A stretch of 64,000 nucleotides of DNA from an uncultured Candidatus Saccharibacteria bacterium (GCA_964481345.1 CAYZTC010000004.1:5731-69730), one strand, 5' to 3'; positions 41,107 to 50,743 are shown, numbered from the stretch's first letter. The notes: a model not told the origin generated them from the sequence alone. Made by a program: numbers and translations.

Positions 41107-42408
41107 ATGATTAAGTACTTTAGGAAAATAATTGATACGTATGCTGGCAAAAGTGAGTACAAGAGGAACGTTCTCACTATGATATTGGGACGAGTTATAG
41201 GACAAGTAATTCCAATATTGATAACTCCTCTTCTCACCAGAATTTACTCTCCTGAGGAATTTGGGATATTTGCTGTTTATAGCACTATTGTAATAATAGT
41301 TTCGATGGCTTCAAATGGAAGGTACTGTTTGGTCGTTATTCTTCCTAAAGAAGATGAAGAAGCTAAGGATTTGGTCGTAATTTCTTCTGTAATCTCTTTT
41401 ATTTCTACCGTATTTTTTATTTTTTTGATCTCTGCTTTTGGTAGTAAGTTTTTTGAATTGATAAATTCAGGGGTTTTAGAAAAATATATTTGGGTAATAG
41501 TAATGAATGTTTTATCTATTGCGCTACACGAAGCACTTTTTTACTATGCACTAAGGTTAAAGAAATACAAAACTCTTGCTAAAGATGTGATATTTTACAC
41601 ATCTATTGTTGTGATAGTGAGGCTAGCGCTTGGATATGCCGGATATACTGAGTTTGGTCTCCTGGCATCTTATATGGTAGGTTATGTGTTTTCTTTTCTC
41701 TATCTATTTTTCAAACTTTCAATCCCTAAAAAGTTCATTAGTAAATTAGTTCAGTTGGATAATCTAAAACCTTTGATGATGAAGTACTCAAAGTTTCCCA
41801 GATACTCTCTGGTTGCCGATACGATGAATCTTACAGCACTGATGTCACCAAATTTATTTTTAAACAAGATATTTGGAAGTGTGACTGCAGGATACTTTTC
41901 CATGGCTGATAAGGTACTTGGCTCGCCAATATGGCTAATCACTCTGTCGGTTGGTGATGTATTCAAGCAAGAGGCCTCAGAACAACTAAGGAAAAAAGGA
42001 AGCTGCTACAAAGTATTTATCAAGACTGCAAGATCATTATTCTTATTTGGATTTCTGCCATTCCTGGCTTTATTTATAGTATCTCCATATATATTTCCTT
42101 TTATACTAGGTGAGAATTGGGAACCAGTAGGTAAATATGTACGGATATTTTCTTTGATGTACTTTGCTAAGTTTGTGGTGAATCCTGTTAGTCATGTTGT
42201 TTACATGGTAAACAAGCAAAATTACAATGTATTTTTTCAAAGCTTAAAAATTCTTTCAATTGTAATTGCTTTTAGTCTTGGATATTTGTTTAGTAATGTA
42301 GATTTAGGATTGATGCTTTGGTCAGGACTTACCGCGGTTTCCTATGTGATCATTTACGTGATATCTCGGAGATTGGCTGTGAGTGTAAGATCCTCTGTGA
42401 AATCTTAG
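41107..42408 (+). CDS. wzx: Wzx-type oligosaccharide flippase, copy 2
   Basis: PLLTRIYSPEEFG, KYSKFPRYSL, KVLGSP; colinear with copy 1. Confidence 0.85.
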   Translation: MIKYFRKIIDTYAGKSEYKRNVLTMILGRVIGQVIPILITPLLTRIYSPEEFGIFAVYSTIVIIVSMASNGRYCLVVILPKEDEEAKDLVVISSVISFISTVFFIFLISAFGSKFFELINSGVLEKYIWVIVMNVLSIALHEALFYYALRLKKYKTLAKDVIFYTSIVVIVRLALGYAGYTEFGLLASYMVGYVFSFLYLFFKLSIPKKFISKLVQLDNLKPLMMKYSKFPRYSLVADTMNLTALMSPNLFLNKIFGSVTAGYFSMADKVLGSPIWLITLSVGDVFKQEASEQLRKKGSCYKVFIKTARSLFLFGFLPFLALFIVSPYIFPFILGENWEPVGKYVRIFSLMYFAKFVVNPVSHVVYMVNKQNYNVFFQSLKILSIVIAFSLGYLFSNVDLGLMLWSGLTAVSYVIIYVISRRLAVSVRSSVKS

Positions 42409-42604
42409 TAGAAATTACTCAATGGTAGTAAGATTTAATATGTGTTGAATTTGAAAATGACAGGTTATCAATGTAGGGTAGGAGAGATCAAATCGACAGT
42501 TGTGATTGGATTGAATTGGAAGATGTGATGGAAATGAAGAATAAGAAGCTTTACTTATATGATATTAAAAGTCTTTAATATTCTGCTAAAATACATTTAC
42601 ACGT

Positions 42605-43840
42605 ATGAAGATTATTGTTGATGCAACAAGTACTCAAGACCAGTTAATGAACAGGGGACCTGGTAGATATGCCAATGAAATTGTTTCTAATATGGTCAAG
42701 CAAAGTGTAAAGGAGGGGAGGGATGATATTTATTATCTTCTATTATTTAACTCCCCCACCACTCTTCAACCGGTCATTTCAGAATATTCAGAAAATGTGA
42801 GGTCTATAAACATTGGTAAAAGGAGGCTATCAGGTAAATTTAATGATATCTGGTGGTGGTTTCAGTACAAACCTGCCATAAGAAAACTTATCAAAACTGA
42901 AAGTCCTGATTTGTATTTCTGTTCATATTTTTGGAGAAACTTTCCAATCAAGAAGATACCAACAGTAGTGATGATCCATGATTTAACATATGCAATTACA
43001 GGTAGATATTCTTTAGCTCCGAAATTTCTTGATTGGATAAGGAAATGGCAGTATCATAAAACTTTGAATAAACTTGAAAAAGTTGATGGGGTTCTTACAA
43101 ATTCTAAAAACACTGCAAGGGATCTACTTAAGTATGTGACTTTGGATAAGGAGAAAATTAAGACGATATATCTGGGTATATCTGACTGGGTAAAAAAAGT
43201 CCGTCCGAGAAAAAAGGTATTGCAGAAGTATCTTCCGGATGAGGTAATTGACAGAGGCTATGTTTTTTATGAGGCAGGAGCTGACCCGATTAAGAATCCT
43301 AGAGGGTTAGTAAGAGCTTATTCAGAGCTGTTAAAAATCTATGAAAAAAACAACAAGGATGATTTTCCATTTCTTGTAATGGGGGGAAAGTGTTTCACTT
43401 CGAGTGAGGTGAAAAATACTGAACTGGACTTGTTAACTAATCTTATAGTTGAGCTAAACCTCCAGGATAAGATTTTTTTTACAGGATATTACGAGGATGA
43501 AGATCTGGACGATTTAATATCCGCATCTAGATGTTTCATGCACCTTTCATTATATGAAGGGTTTGGTATTTCTGCTCTTCAGGCTATGAAGGCAGGAGCT
43601 CCGCTTGTTGCTAGCAAAATGCCTTGTTATTCTGAAGTCCTTGGGGATGGCGCAATTCTCGTGGATCCAGAAAATCCGTCGAAAGTTGCAAAAGTAACTT
43701 ATGAGCTGTTAAACAACCCTGCAAAGTCCAGAGCGCTGTCTAATAGAGGAGTTATGTGGGCTAAGAAATACACCTGGGAAAGGACAGCGAAAGAAACATA
43801 TAAGTATTTCGTTTCCATCGTTAGAAGGAGTGAAAAATGA
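42605..43840 (+). CDS. Glycosyltransferase family 4 (mannosyltransferase-like)
   Basis: RGPGRY, MIHDL, KN, SLYEGFGISALQAMKAGAP, YTWERTA. Confidence 0.9.
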   Translation: MKIIVDATSTQDQLMNRGPGRYANEIVSNMVKQSVKEGRDDIYYLLLFNSPTTLQPVISEYSENVRSINIGKRRLSGKFNDIWWWFQYKPAIRKLIKTESPDLYFCSYFWRNFPIKKIPTVVMIHDLTYAITGRYSLAPKFLDWIRKWQYHKTLNKLEKVDGVLTNSKNTARDLLKYVTLDKEKIKTIYLGISDWVKKVRPRKKVLQKYLPDEVIDRGYVFYEAGADPIKNPRGLVRAYSELLKIYEKNNKDDFPFLVMGGKCFTSSEVKNTELDLLTNLIVELNLQDKIFFTGYYEDEDLDDLISASRCFMHLSLYEGFGISALQAMKAGAPLVASKMPCYSEVLGDGAILVDPENPSKVAKVTYELLNNPAKSRALSNRGVMWAKKYTWERTAKETYKYFVSIVRRSEK

Positions 43841-44292
43841 TTAAGAAAGAATGTTCAACGCCAGAAAATATTTGTATAGATGAAAACAAAGTTCTGGACG
43901 GTAAAAATCATCGGTATGATGCAAAAAACTATTTGGAGAGTCAGAAGTTTGCGATTTCTGGTTTAAAGCTGATTTTCAAAAATGAAAGGAACTTTAGAAT
44001 ACAGTTATTAATTGCATTTGGAATTGTTTTATTGGGAATCTTTTTAAATATAAGTTATAACGATTGGATCTCTTTAATACTTCTGATCACATTAGTGCTT
44101 ATTTCAGAGGCATTTAATAGTGTTATTGAAGCAGTGTGCGACACGCTTTCAAAGGAATATAAAGTAAACATTAGATATGCAAAAGATGTAGCCGCGGGTG
44201 CAGTATTTATTAGTGCTATTGTGTCAGTAATTTCTGGGCTTGTAATTTTAGGGCCTTACATAATAGAGTTTGTGAAGGTGTTGTTGGAATAA
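43837..44292 (+). CDS. dgkA: Diacylglycerol/undecaprenol kinase
   Basis: FAISGL..ERNFRIQ, EAFNSVIEAVCD, AKDVAAGAV. Confidence 0.92.
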   Translation: MIKKECSTPENICIDENKVLDGKNHRYDAKNYLESQKFAISGLKLIFKNERNFRIQLLIAFGIVLLGIFLNISYNDWISLILLITLVLISEAFNSVIEAVCDTLSKEYKVNIRYAKDVAAGAVFISAIVSVISGLVILGPYIIEFVKVLLE

Positions 44293-44306
44293 TTCCTGTA
44301 TTTGTA

Positions 44307-45032
44307 TTATTCAAGATCAAGTATCCAGAGCTCTCCAGTATTTGAGATCAAGGCAAATCTTGTTGTATTTTCATTAGGGATGGCGATAATAAAATTAGCA
44401 ACAGTTTTATAACTTATCTCTTGGTTTCCTTTTGAAACTACTGTTTTCTCTTCATGGGTGGAAACGGACCATGCTTCCAGTTTTTCTTTATTAGTAAGTT
44501 GAGGATTGAGTTTACTAATGTCCCATGAATAATATGCTTCTTCAAGAAAAGGAAAAGAATTTGAAAGTATTAAGGGATCACTGCATAGGTCAACTTTTAA
44601 TGTTAGATTGGTTTCGAGTATTTTGGGGTTTGATAGACTGTACTCCTGATAAAGTAATATTTTTGTTGCGGTTTCTTTTGGATCAGTGATAACAAAATTA
44701 TAGGTGTCGCATAACATACCATCTCCAATTTTCATTGTTCTTGATATGAACTCTTTGTATATGATTGTGATATTGTCAATTATAGTTTCGGTTTGATAGT
44801 CTTTTGTGGAAAGTTTAATTAGCGTATTTTCGTGTATAGCAAGTATATTATCGTCATCTAACCAAAATATATCATCGGGAATTATTTCAGTTGGGTATGG
44901 AGCAAGAGTATCGTTATTAGAGCTGATATTGTTATCAGTTATTGAGGTACTTGGATTTGAAAAAGAGTACAGAAACAATGTAAGAACAACAGGTATGACT
45001 GTTAACATTATTAGCAAGGCTATTCTTTTCAT
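44307..45032 (-). CDS. Hypothetical membrane-anchored/secreted protein
   Basis: N-terminal hydrophobic segment; ATG overlaps the stop of the upstream M23 gene; no motif recognised. Confidence 0.6.
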   Translation of the reverse strand: MKRIALLIMLTVIPVVLTLFLYSFSNPSTSITDNNISSNNDTLAPYPTEIIPDDIFWLDDDNILAIHENTLIKLSTKDYQTETIIDNITIIYKEFISRTMKIGDGMLCDTYNFVITDPKETATKILLYQEYSLSNPKILETNLTLKVDLCSDPLILSNSFPFLEEAYYSWDISKLNPQLTNKEKLEAWSVSTHEEKTVVSKGNQEISYKTVANFIIAIPNENTTRFALISNTGELWILDLE

Positions 45033-47095
45033 TAGTATCCTGGATGAGGGTTATATCCTGTAAGCCTTCCAGGATATTTTTTATAGCCAAGAGTGGGTAT
45101 TTTTGACCAGTTAGCACTTACTAGTGGTACTGGATCAGTGTGAGATTTATAGGATGAGTTTTTCCTTGTTTCGAAATGAAGGTGGTATGCAAGTGGCTGG
45201 CAATTAAATGCACCAGTGTTTCCCGTTGTTCCGATATATTCTCCCTTTTTTACATTACTTCCCACTTTTATATTTTTGGAATAACTTTTCAGATGAAAGT
45301 AAGCTGTATGAAGGTTGTTTTTGTGTTTTATCTTAAGCATGTTTCCACCGGACAGGCATTTTCCGTAATAGTTATCCCATCCAATAAAAGTAACTGTTCC
45401 GTCAGCTGGTGAATAAATATTTTCTTTTGTAGCACCAAAGTCTATTCCGGTATGAAGTTTTTGATATGCTGTTTTGCCATACCATTGAGTAACTCCAATA
45501 ATTTTCTTGAAAAAATAGCTTAAAGGTTTAGACTGACTGGAAATAACTGGGATATTTAGCGGTTTAGATTTATCAGACTGTTTTGTAAATACGAACCTGT
45601 TACTCTGTACTGTATCCGAAATGGTCTGTCTTGTTGACAGTTTTACTTGCTTGCCTTGCGGATTATCTGAAAGAGACAGTACCAATTTGAAGTTTCCATT
45701 TTTATCTATGAAAGAACTAGTTACTTCATAACTTGAATCGATGTCAGGGATTAGGTAGTTTTTGACGTTTGAAAGGAACTTTGCTTCTTTAAACCTTTCA
45801 TCTATACATTTAAAAAATGTCCTGGGATCAAATAAGGTTTTGTCTTTGCATTTGTAGTAGAGAATTTTCAGTAGTATTTTTTGGTTAACCTGTCCTTCAA
45901 TTACAACTGAATAACTGTTTGAGCTAATTTTCCAAGCAGTGATTTTTTCTATTATTGGTGGTGATACTTTACAACTAACCAGTTCGAATTTTTTGTTATA
46001 TGTAAAATATTTAATTATGCAAAGGTCGGTTGTCAGGATTTCTTTACTTTCGGAGCTAGTTGATATTGCAGAACTTCCAAGTATATTGTTATTGGAGCTT
46101 GGTTGGGAAGTAGTTGGAGGAGTTGAATTGGAATTAGATTGCGACTTGGGATTTGATTTTGGTTTAGCTTGAGGCTTAGGAGTATAGATAAAACTGTATA
46201 TGTTTGAATATGTAGAATCTCCTCTTTCATCTGTCACCTTAACCCTCCATAAATACCTACCTGGTTTATCAAGCTGTATTGAAAATAGTGGCTCATCTTG
46301 AGGACCAATTTTAATTAGTATATCTTTGAACGTATTCTTTGACAGTTCCAATGAAAAAGACAGCTTATGTTCATCGGGATCGGTGGACCCCTCTAATCTT
46401 AAACTAATATTTTTTTCAGTAACTATACTTTTGTCTTCTGGATAAACAGAGTTGCCCACTATTGGTGGGGTATTAACAAAATGTGTTACTGCGATATGAG
46501 GTTGTTCGCCATTTTCGCATGTAGGAAGGTTTAGTGCATATATGCAGTCGTATGACCAGAAAACTACAGCAGGCATTTCATCGGGTGACATTTTCAGCAT
46601 TAGCCCTTTGTCGATATTGTTAGTAATCCACCTTTTAAAATGATCAGTAATTTCAAAAAATTTCCATCCGTTCTCGGGCAAGATATCCCGAAAATATGCT
46701 ATTGTTACAGCAGATGCCTGATTTAACCATGTTATTTTATCTATCTCCCATTGGAATTTTGGGGACATTAACGTCAAATTGTAATTGTTTGTTCCTTGGT
46801 ATTGATATTGGTAGAGCTTTAAGTTTGCGGAATAGATATCTTCTATGGGAATGCCAAAGTTTGATAAATCAACCTTGAAGAATGTTCTTGTTTTATCTCT
46901 TATTCCAGGCTCATCGTATCCAGCAAAAAGATATCTTTCTTGAGATGTGTTTGTCATATGTATTCCAGTTGCTACGTATGTATCTTCTGTAATAGGGATA
47001 GTGGTTGTACCGGTTGCTCCCTGACAAGTTTTAGTCAAAAGTGAAAATATTGGAAAAATCAAGGCCAGAAATATAATTTTTTTGTAGTTGTTCAT
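45032..47095 (-). CDS. Secreted DNRLRE-like + Ig/FN3-like + canonical M23 peptidase
   Basis: EDTYV..TRTFFKVDLS..SANLKLY..ITWLNQ; YLWRVKVTD; HTGIDF..YFHL..IGTTGNTG..HLHFE. Start 47095 preferred. Confidence 0.82.
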   Translation of the reverse strand: MNNYKKIIFLALIFPIFSLLTKTCQGATGTTTIPITEDTYVATGIHMTNTSQERYLFAGYDEPGIRDKTRTFFKVDLSNFGIPIEDIYSANLKLYQYQYQGTNNYNLTLMSPKFQWEIDKITWLNQASAVTIAYFRDILPENGWKFFEITDHFKRWITNNIDKGLMLKMSPDEMPAVVFWSYDCIYALNLPTCENGEQPHIAVTHFVNTPPIVGNSVYPEDKSIVTEKNISLRLEGSTDPDEHKLSFSLELSKNTFKDILIKIGPQDEPLFSIQLDKPGRYLWRVKVTDERGDSTYSNIYSFIYTPKPQAKPKSNPKSQSNSNSTPPTTSQPSSNNNILGSSAISTSSESKEILTTDLCIIKYFTYNKKFELVSCKVSPPIIEKITAWKISSNSYSVVIEGQVNQKILLKILYYKCKDKTLFDPRTFFKCIDERFKEAKFLSNVKNYLIPDIDSSYEVTSSFIDKNGNFKLVLSLSDNPQGKQVKLSTRQTISDTVQSNRFVFTKQSDKSKPLNIPVISSQSKPLSYFFKKIIGVTQWYGKTAYQKLHTGIDFGATKENIYSPADGTVTFIGWDNYYGKCLSGGNMLKIKHKNNLHTAYFHLKSYSKNIKVGSNVKKGEYIGTTGNTGAFNCQPLAYHLHFETRKNSSYKSHTDPVPLVSANWSKIPTLGYKKYPGRLTGYNPHPGY

Positions 47096-47105
47096 GCTAT
47101 TGATA

Positions 47106-47618
47106 CTAGGCTCCAATAATTAAAAAATCATGAATTTGAAATTGAGAAATTTGGTGGGAGGGGAATCTGAGGGCGAGGACTGTCCTTGCTTGCCAAAGCC
47201 ATGCATAGTCATCTGGAGTGGCAGAAAGTCCTTCTTTGACGGGATTATTTCGGATGTAGTTAAAAACTGTTATGACTGCTTCGTCGGTAGATAGAAGCTT
47301 GGAAGCGTATCTATCCTGAAAGAAATGTCCTACATGGGGATATTTCTTATTGTAATACATTGCATATGAAGTACAAAGGGATTTCATGAACCCAGGGACA
47401 TTGGATTCATCTTTAATGTATAACATAGTATGAAAGTGACTGTTCAGAATGCAAAAAATAGTTGGCTGGATGTCAAATCTCTGTAGATATGAGAAAAATC
47501 GATCATTAAAAAATCTTTTATCTTCATGATGCCTGAAAATTTTATTTTTATTGTTACCTCTATTATAAATGTGGTAACAGTAACCTATTTCGAATGTTCC
47601 TCTGCATTTTCTTGTCAT
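47106..47618 (-). mobile_element. REP-associated / IS200-like Y1 (HUH) tyrosine transposase
   Basis: YHIYNRGNNK..IF, FCILNSHFH (HUH), YNKKY..GHFFQDRY, YIRNNPV (catalytic Tyr). Confidence 0.9.
47173..47189. repeat. Palindrome GCGAGGAC-T-GTCCTTGC, REP-like end of the Y1 element
   Basis: Reverse complement GCAAGGACAGTCCTCGC matches the copy at 47677. Confidence 0.75.
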
Positions 47619-47676
47619 TGTTCTGATGTTACAGGTTGATTATGAAAAATTTATTAAATTTGTGAGGAGAGATTGT

Positions 47677-47691
47677 CAAGGACAGTCCTTG
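47677..47691. repeat. Palindrome CAAGGAC-A-GTCCTTG, REP-like end of the Y1 element
   Basis: Perfect 7-bp inverted repeat about 60 bp upstream of the transposase start. Confidence 0.75.
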
Positions 47692-47727
47692 CTAACTATA
47701 GGATGTAAACAGCACCGTTTTCTAACA

Positions 47728-47736
47728 TGGTATAAT
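47728..47736 (+). promoter_or_regulatory. Extended -10 promoter (TGgTATAAT) of secA, leaderless-type
   Basis: Consensus TGnTATAAT 9 nt upstream of ATG 47746; no SD. Confidence 0.65.
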
Positions 47737-47745
47737 CTTTTTGCT

Positions 47746-50700
47746 ATGATAAAACTGTTTTCAAAGTTGCTAGATTCAAATGAAAAGCAGCTTTCCAAAA
47801 GAGAAAAACTGGTAAATGAGATTAGTGATTTAGAAAAAAAAGTATCAAAACTTTCAGATGATGAGCTAAAGAAGGCTGCTGAAAAGTTCAGAAGTCAGCT
47901 GGGGGTAACGTTAGAGAGTGCCAGAAAACTGAGGGATCCCTTTCAAAAGCCTCCATCAAAACCAGAAGAGCAAATAAGAAAAAAAGAGGAAAGTAATAAA
48001 TTGCTTTCAGTTTTACCTACCGTTTTTGCCTATGTTAGAGAAGCTTCAGAAAGGACTGTGGCACATAGGCCTTTTGATGTACAGGTATTGGGGGCAGTTT
48101 TTCTTGCTGAAGGCTTTGCAACAGAGTTATTTACTGGGGAAGGTAAAACTCTTGTTGCTACAATGCCTCTTTTTCTGTATGGACTTCTGGGAAAAGGAGC
48201 TCATCTTGTTACTGTAAATGATTATCTTGCAAAAAGAGATGGTGAATGGTGTGGTCATATTTTTAATTTGCTGGGTATGAGTGTTGGTGTTATAACACCT
48301 GGAGCTTCGTATAAATATATCGACGATGAAGAGGTAAAAAAGATAAAGGGGGATGAAGGTAAAAAAGGTATAAAAGAAAGAGAGAAAATAATAGAAGAAG
48401 AAGGAAGATTGCTCATGAGTTCAATGGAAGGGCTTAACCTTGTTCAGTGTAACAAGAAGGAAGCATATGGGTGTGACATTATTTATGGAACAAATAATGA
48501 GTTTGGGTTTGACTACCTTAGAGATAACATGGCTGTCAGTTTAGACCAGAGGGTCCAGAGCCAGTTATATTATGCAATCGTTGACGAGTGTGATTCAATA
48601 CTGATTGATGAGGCCAGAACACCACTTATCATCTCATCTCAAGCCCAAGATTCAAACGAGGAATATAGAAGATTTGCAGATGTAGTTAGAAGCTTAAGAC
48701 CAGAAGTTGATTATGTTGTTGATGAAAAGGCAAATTCTGTTTCTCTGAATGAGGAGGGTGTAAATAAAGTGGAAAAGAGGTTAGGAGTTGACAACTTGTG
48801 GGAAAATTATTCGTTTGCATACCATTTAGAAAATGCACTAAAAGCAAAAGAGCTATACCATAAAGATGATCATTATATTATTAAAAATGGTGAGGTTTTA
48901 ATAGTTGACGAATTTACTGGTAGGGTACTTCCAGGAAGAAGATATAGTGAAGGATTGCATCAAGCAATTGAGGCAAAAGAAGGTGCTCCGGTAAAAAGGG
49001 AGTCCAGAACACATGCAACTATCACTTTTCAAAACTATTTCAGGTTATATGATTTTCTAGCTGGAATGACTGGTACTGCAATTACTGAGGCTGAAGAGTT
49101 TGCAGATATTTATAATCTTGAGGTTATTGTGGTACCCACGAACCTTCCAGTAGTAAGAGAAGATTTTCCCGATCTTGTGTACCGAGCAAAAGGTGGTAAG
49201 TATAAAGCAGTTATAGATGAGATAAAGGATCTATACAATGAGGGACGGCCTGTACTTGTTGGTACTACTTCGGTGGAAACTTCAGAGTTACTTTCAAATA
49301 TGTTGAAGAAAAAGGGTGTACCACACAATGTACTAAATGCAAAACATCATGAAAAAGAAGCAAAGATTGTTGCTCAGGCGGGTAAAAAAGGGCAGGTTAC
49401 TATAGCTACAAATATGGCGGGAAGAGGTACAGATATTGCGTTGGGTGAAGGTGTAGTTGATTTAGGTGGTCTTCATATAATTGGTACTGAAAGGCATGAA
49501 TCAAGGCGAATTGACAATCAGCTAAGGGGAAGGTCTGGGAGACAAGGTGATCCTGGGTCATCTAGATTTTATGTTTCATTTGAGGATGACTTGATGAGAC
49601 TTTTTGGAGGAGACGCAATGGGATCTGTTATGTCTCGAGTTGGAATGGATGACTCAACACCTATTGAGTCAGGAATGATTGGTAAAACGATTGAATCTGC
49701 ACAAAAGAGAGTTGAGTCACAGAACTTTGATATAAGGAAACACCTTGTTGAATATGATGATGTTTTAAACCAGCAAAGGGAGATCGTTTACGATTTAAGA
49801 AGAAAGATTCTTCATGTTTTAAAGGGGTTGGAGGAACAAAATGGGGAGTTGAAACCAGGAAAGGTTACTTTTGATTTTTCCAAAACTACGGTATCGAAAG
49901 TTTTAGTTGAAAAGATACAATGTTTTTCGATTAAGGATCCGTCCACTTGGGAAATTGATGAATGGACAGAGTATCCTGATTTGGTAAATCCCTTGAGCAT
50001 ATGGATTATAAAATTGTCCTTGGAACAGATTAAGTTTCTCCTGTCTGCTCAGTTAAGCGATGACAAGAAAGTTGACCCAGCTGAAGAGGGAAAAATCCTT
50101 GCTGGGTTTAACAATATCGTATCTTCTGAATTATCAGAGGTGGCGGTGAAGAAATTAGGATATAAAGGATGGGAGAATTTTTCTAAGAAATTTTCTAGTA
50201 TTGAAAATTCTGTAGAACAAAAGGATTTACTGAATAAGATTCTTGTAGTATCGCACATTATTCATGTTCAGACATTAGGGCTGAAACTTTCGGCTCAGCT
50301 TGAAAGACAGCTTATACTTCAAACTCTAGATCACCTTTGGATGGAGCATTTGGATGTGATGACTGATCTTAGACATGGGATCGGCTTAAGAGGTTATGCT
50401 CAAAAGAACCCGCTTGTAGAATACAAAAATGAGGGGTTTAGCTTGTTTGATAAGCTACTTTCTCAACTTGAGGATGCAATAATGCATAGATTTTATAAGG
50501 TAAAAGTGATGAAAAAGCAGTCTGAAGCAGAAAAAATAGCTCAAAGGGAAAGAGTAAGATCATCTTCTGATTCTCGCCCTGGAAAAGTAGAAAAACAAAA
50601 GACAGTTGTTAGACCTAGCAAAAAGCCAGGAAGAAATGATCCATGTCCTTGTGGAAGCGGGAAGAAATATAAAAAGTGCTGCTATCCAAAATATGGATAA
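47746..50700 (+). CDS. secA: Protein translocase ATPase SecA
   Basis: TGEGKT, TVNDYLAKRD, GTNNEFGFDYLRDN, DECDSILIDEARTPLIIS, ATNMAGRGTDI, QLRGRSGRQGDPG, and SEC-C motif GRNDPCPCGSGKKYKKCC. Confidence 0.97.
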   Translation: MIKLFSKLLDSNEKQLSKREKLVNEISDLEKKVSKLSDDELKKAAEKFRSQLGVTLESARKLRDPFQKPPSKPEEQIRKKEESNKLLSVLPTVFAYVREASERTVAHRPFDVQVLGAVFLAEGFATELFTGEGKTLVATMPLFLYGLLGKGAHLVTVNDYLAKRDGEWCGHIFNLLGMSVGVITPGASYKYIDDEEVKKIKGDEGKKGIKEREKIIEEEGRLLMSSMEGLNLVQCNKKEAYGCDIIYGTNNEFGFDYLRDNMAVSLDQRVQSQLYYAIVDECDSILIDEARTPLIISSQAQDSNEEYRRFADVVRSLRPEVDYVVDEKANSVSLNEEGVNKVEKRLGVDNLWENYSFAYHLENALKAKELYHKDDHYIIKNGEVLIVDEFTGRVLPGRRYSEGLHQAIEAKEGAPVKRESRTHATITFQNYFRLYDFLAGMTGTAITEAEEFADIYNLEVIVVPTNLPVVREDFPDLVYRAKGGKYKAVIDEIKDLYNEGRPVLVGTTSVETSELLSNMLKKKGVPHNVLNAKHHEKEAKIVAQAGKKGQVTIATNMAGRGTDIALGEGVVDLGGLHIIGTERHESRRIDNQLRGRSGRQGDPGSSRFYVSFEDDLMRLFGGDAMGSVMSRVGMDDSTPIESGMIGKTIESAQKRVESQNFDIRKHLVEYDDVLNQQREIVYDLRRKILHVLKGLEEQNGELKPGKVTFDFSKTTVSKVLVEKIQCFSIKDPSTWEIDEWTEYPDLVNPLSIWIIKLSLEQIKFLLSAQLSDDKKVDPAEEGKILAGFNNIVSSELSEVAVKKLGYKGWENFSKKFSSIENSVEQKDLLNKILVVSHIIHVQTLGLKLSAQLERQLILQTLDHLWMEHLDVMTDLRHGIGLRGYAQKNPLVEYKNEGFSLFDKLLSQLEDAIMHRFYKVKVMKKQSEAEKIAQRERVRSSSDSRPGKVEKQKTVVRPSKKPGRNDPCPCGSGKKYKKCCYPKYG

Positions 50701-50743
50701 AATGTTGTGAAGTACCTACTATTTCTGATATTATGTAAAAGTA

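Noticed and set aside
47626-47745. 40-aa N-terminal extension of SecA in the ORF track
   Set aside because: It spans the transposon palindrome and the TGnTATAAT promoter. SecA-like sequence starts at 47746.
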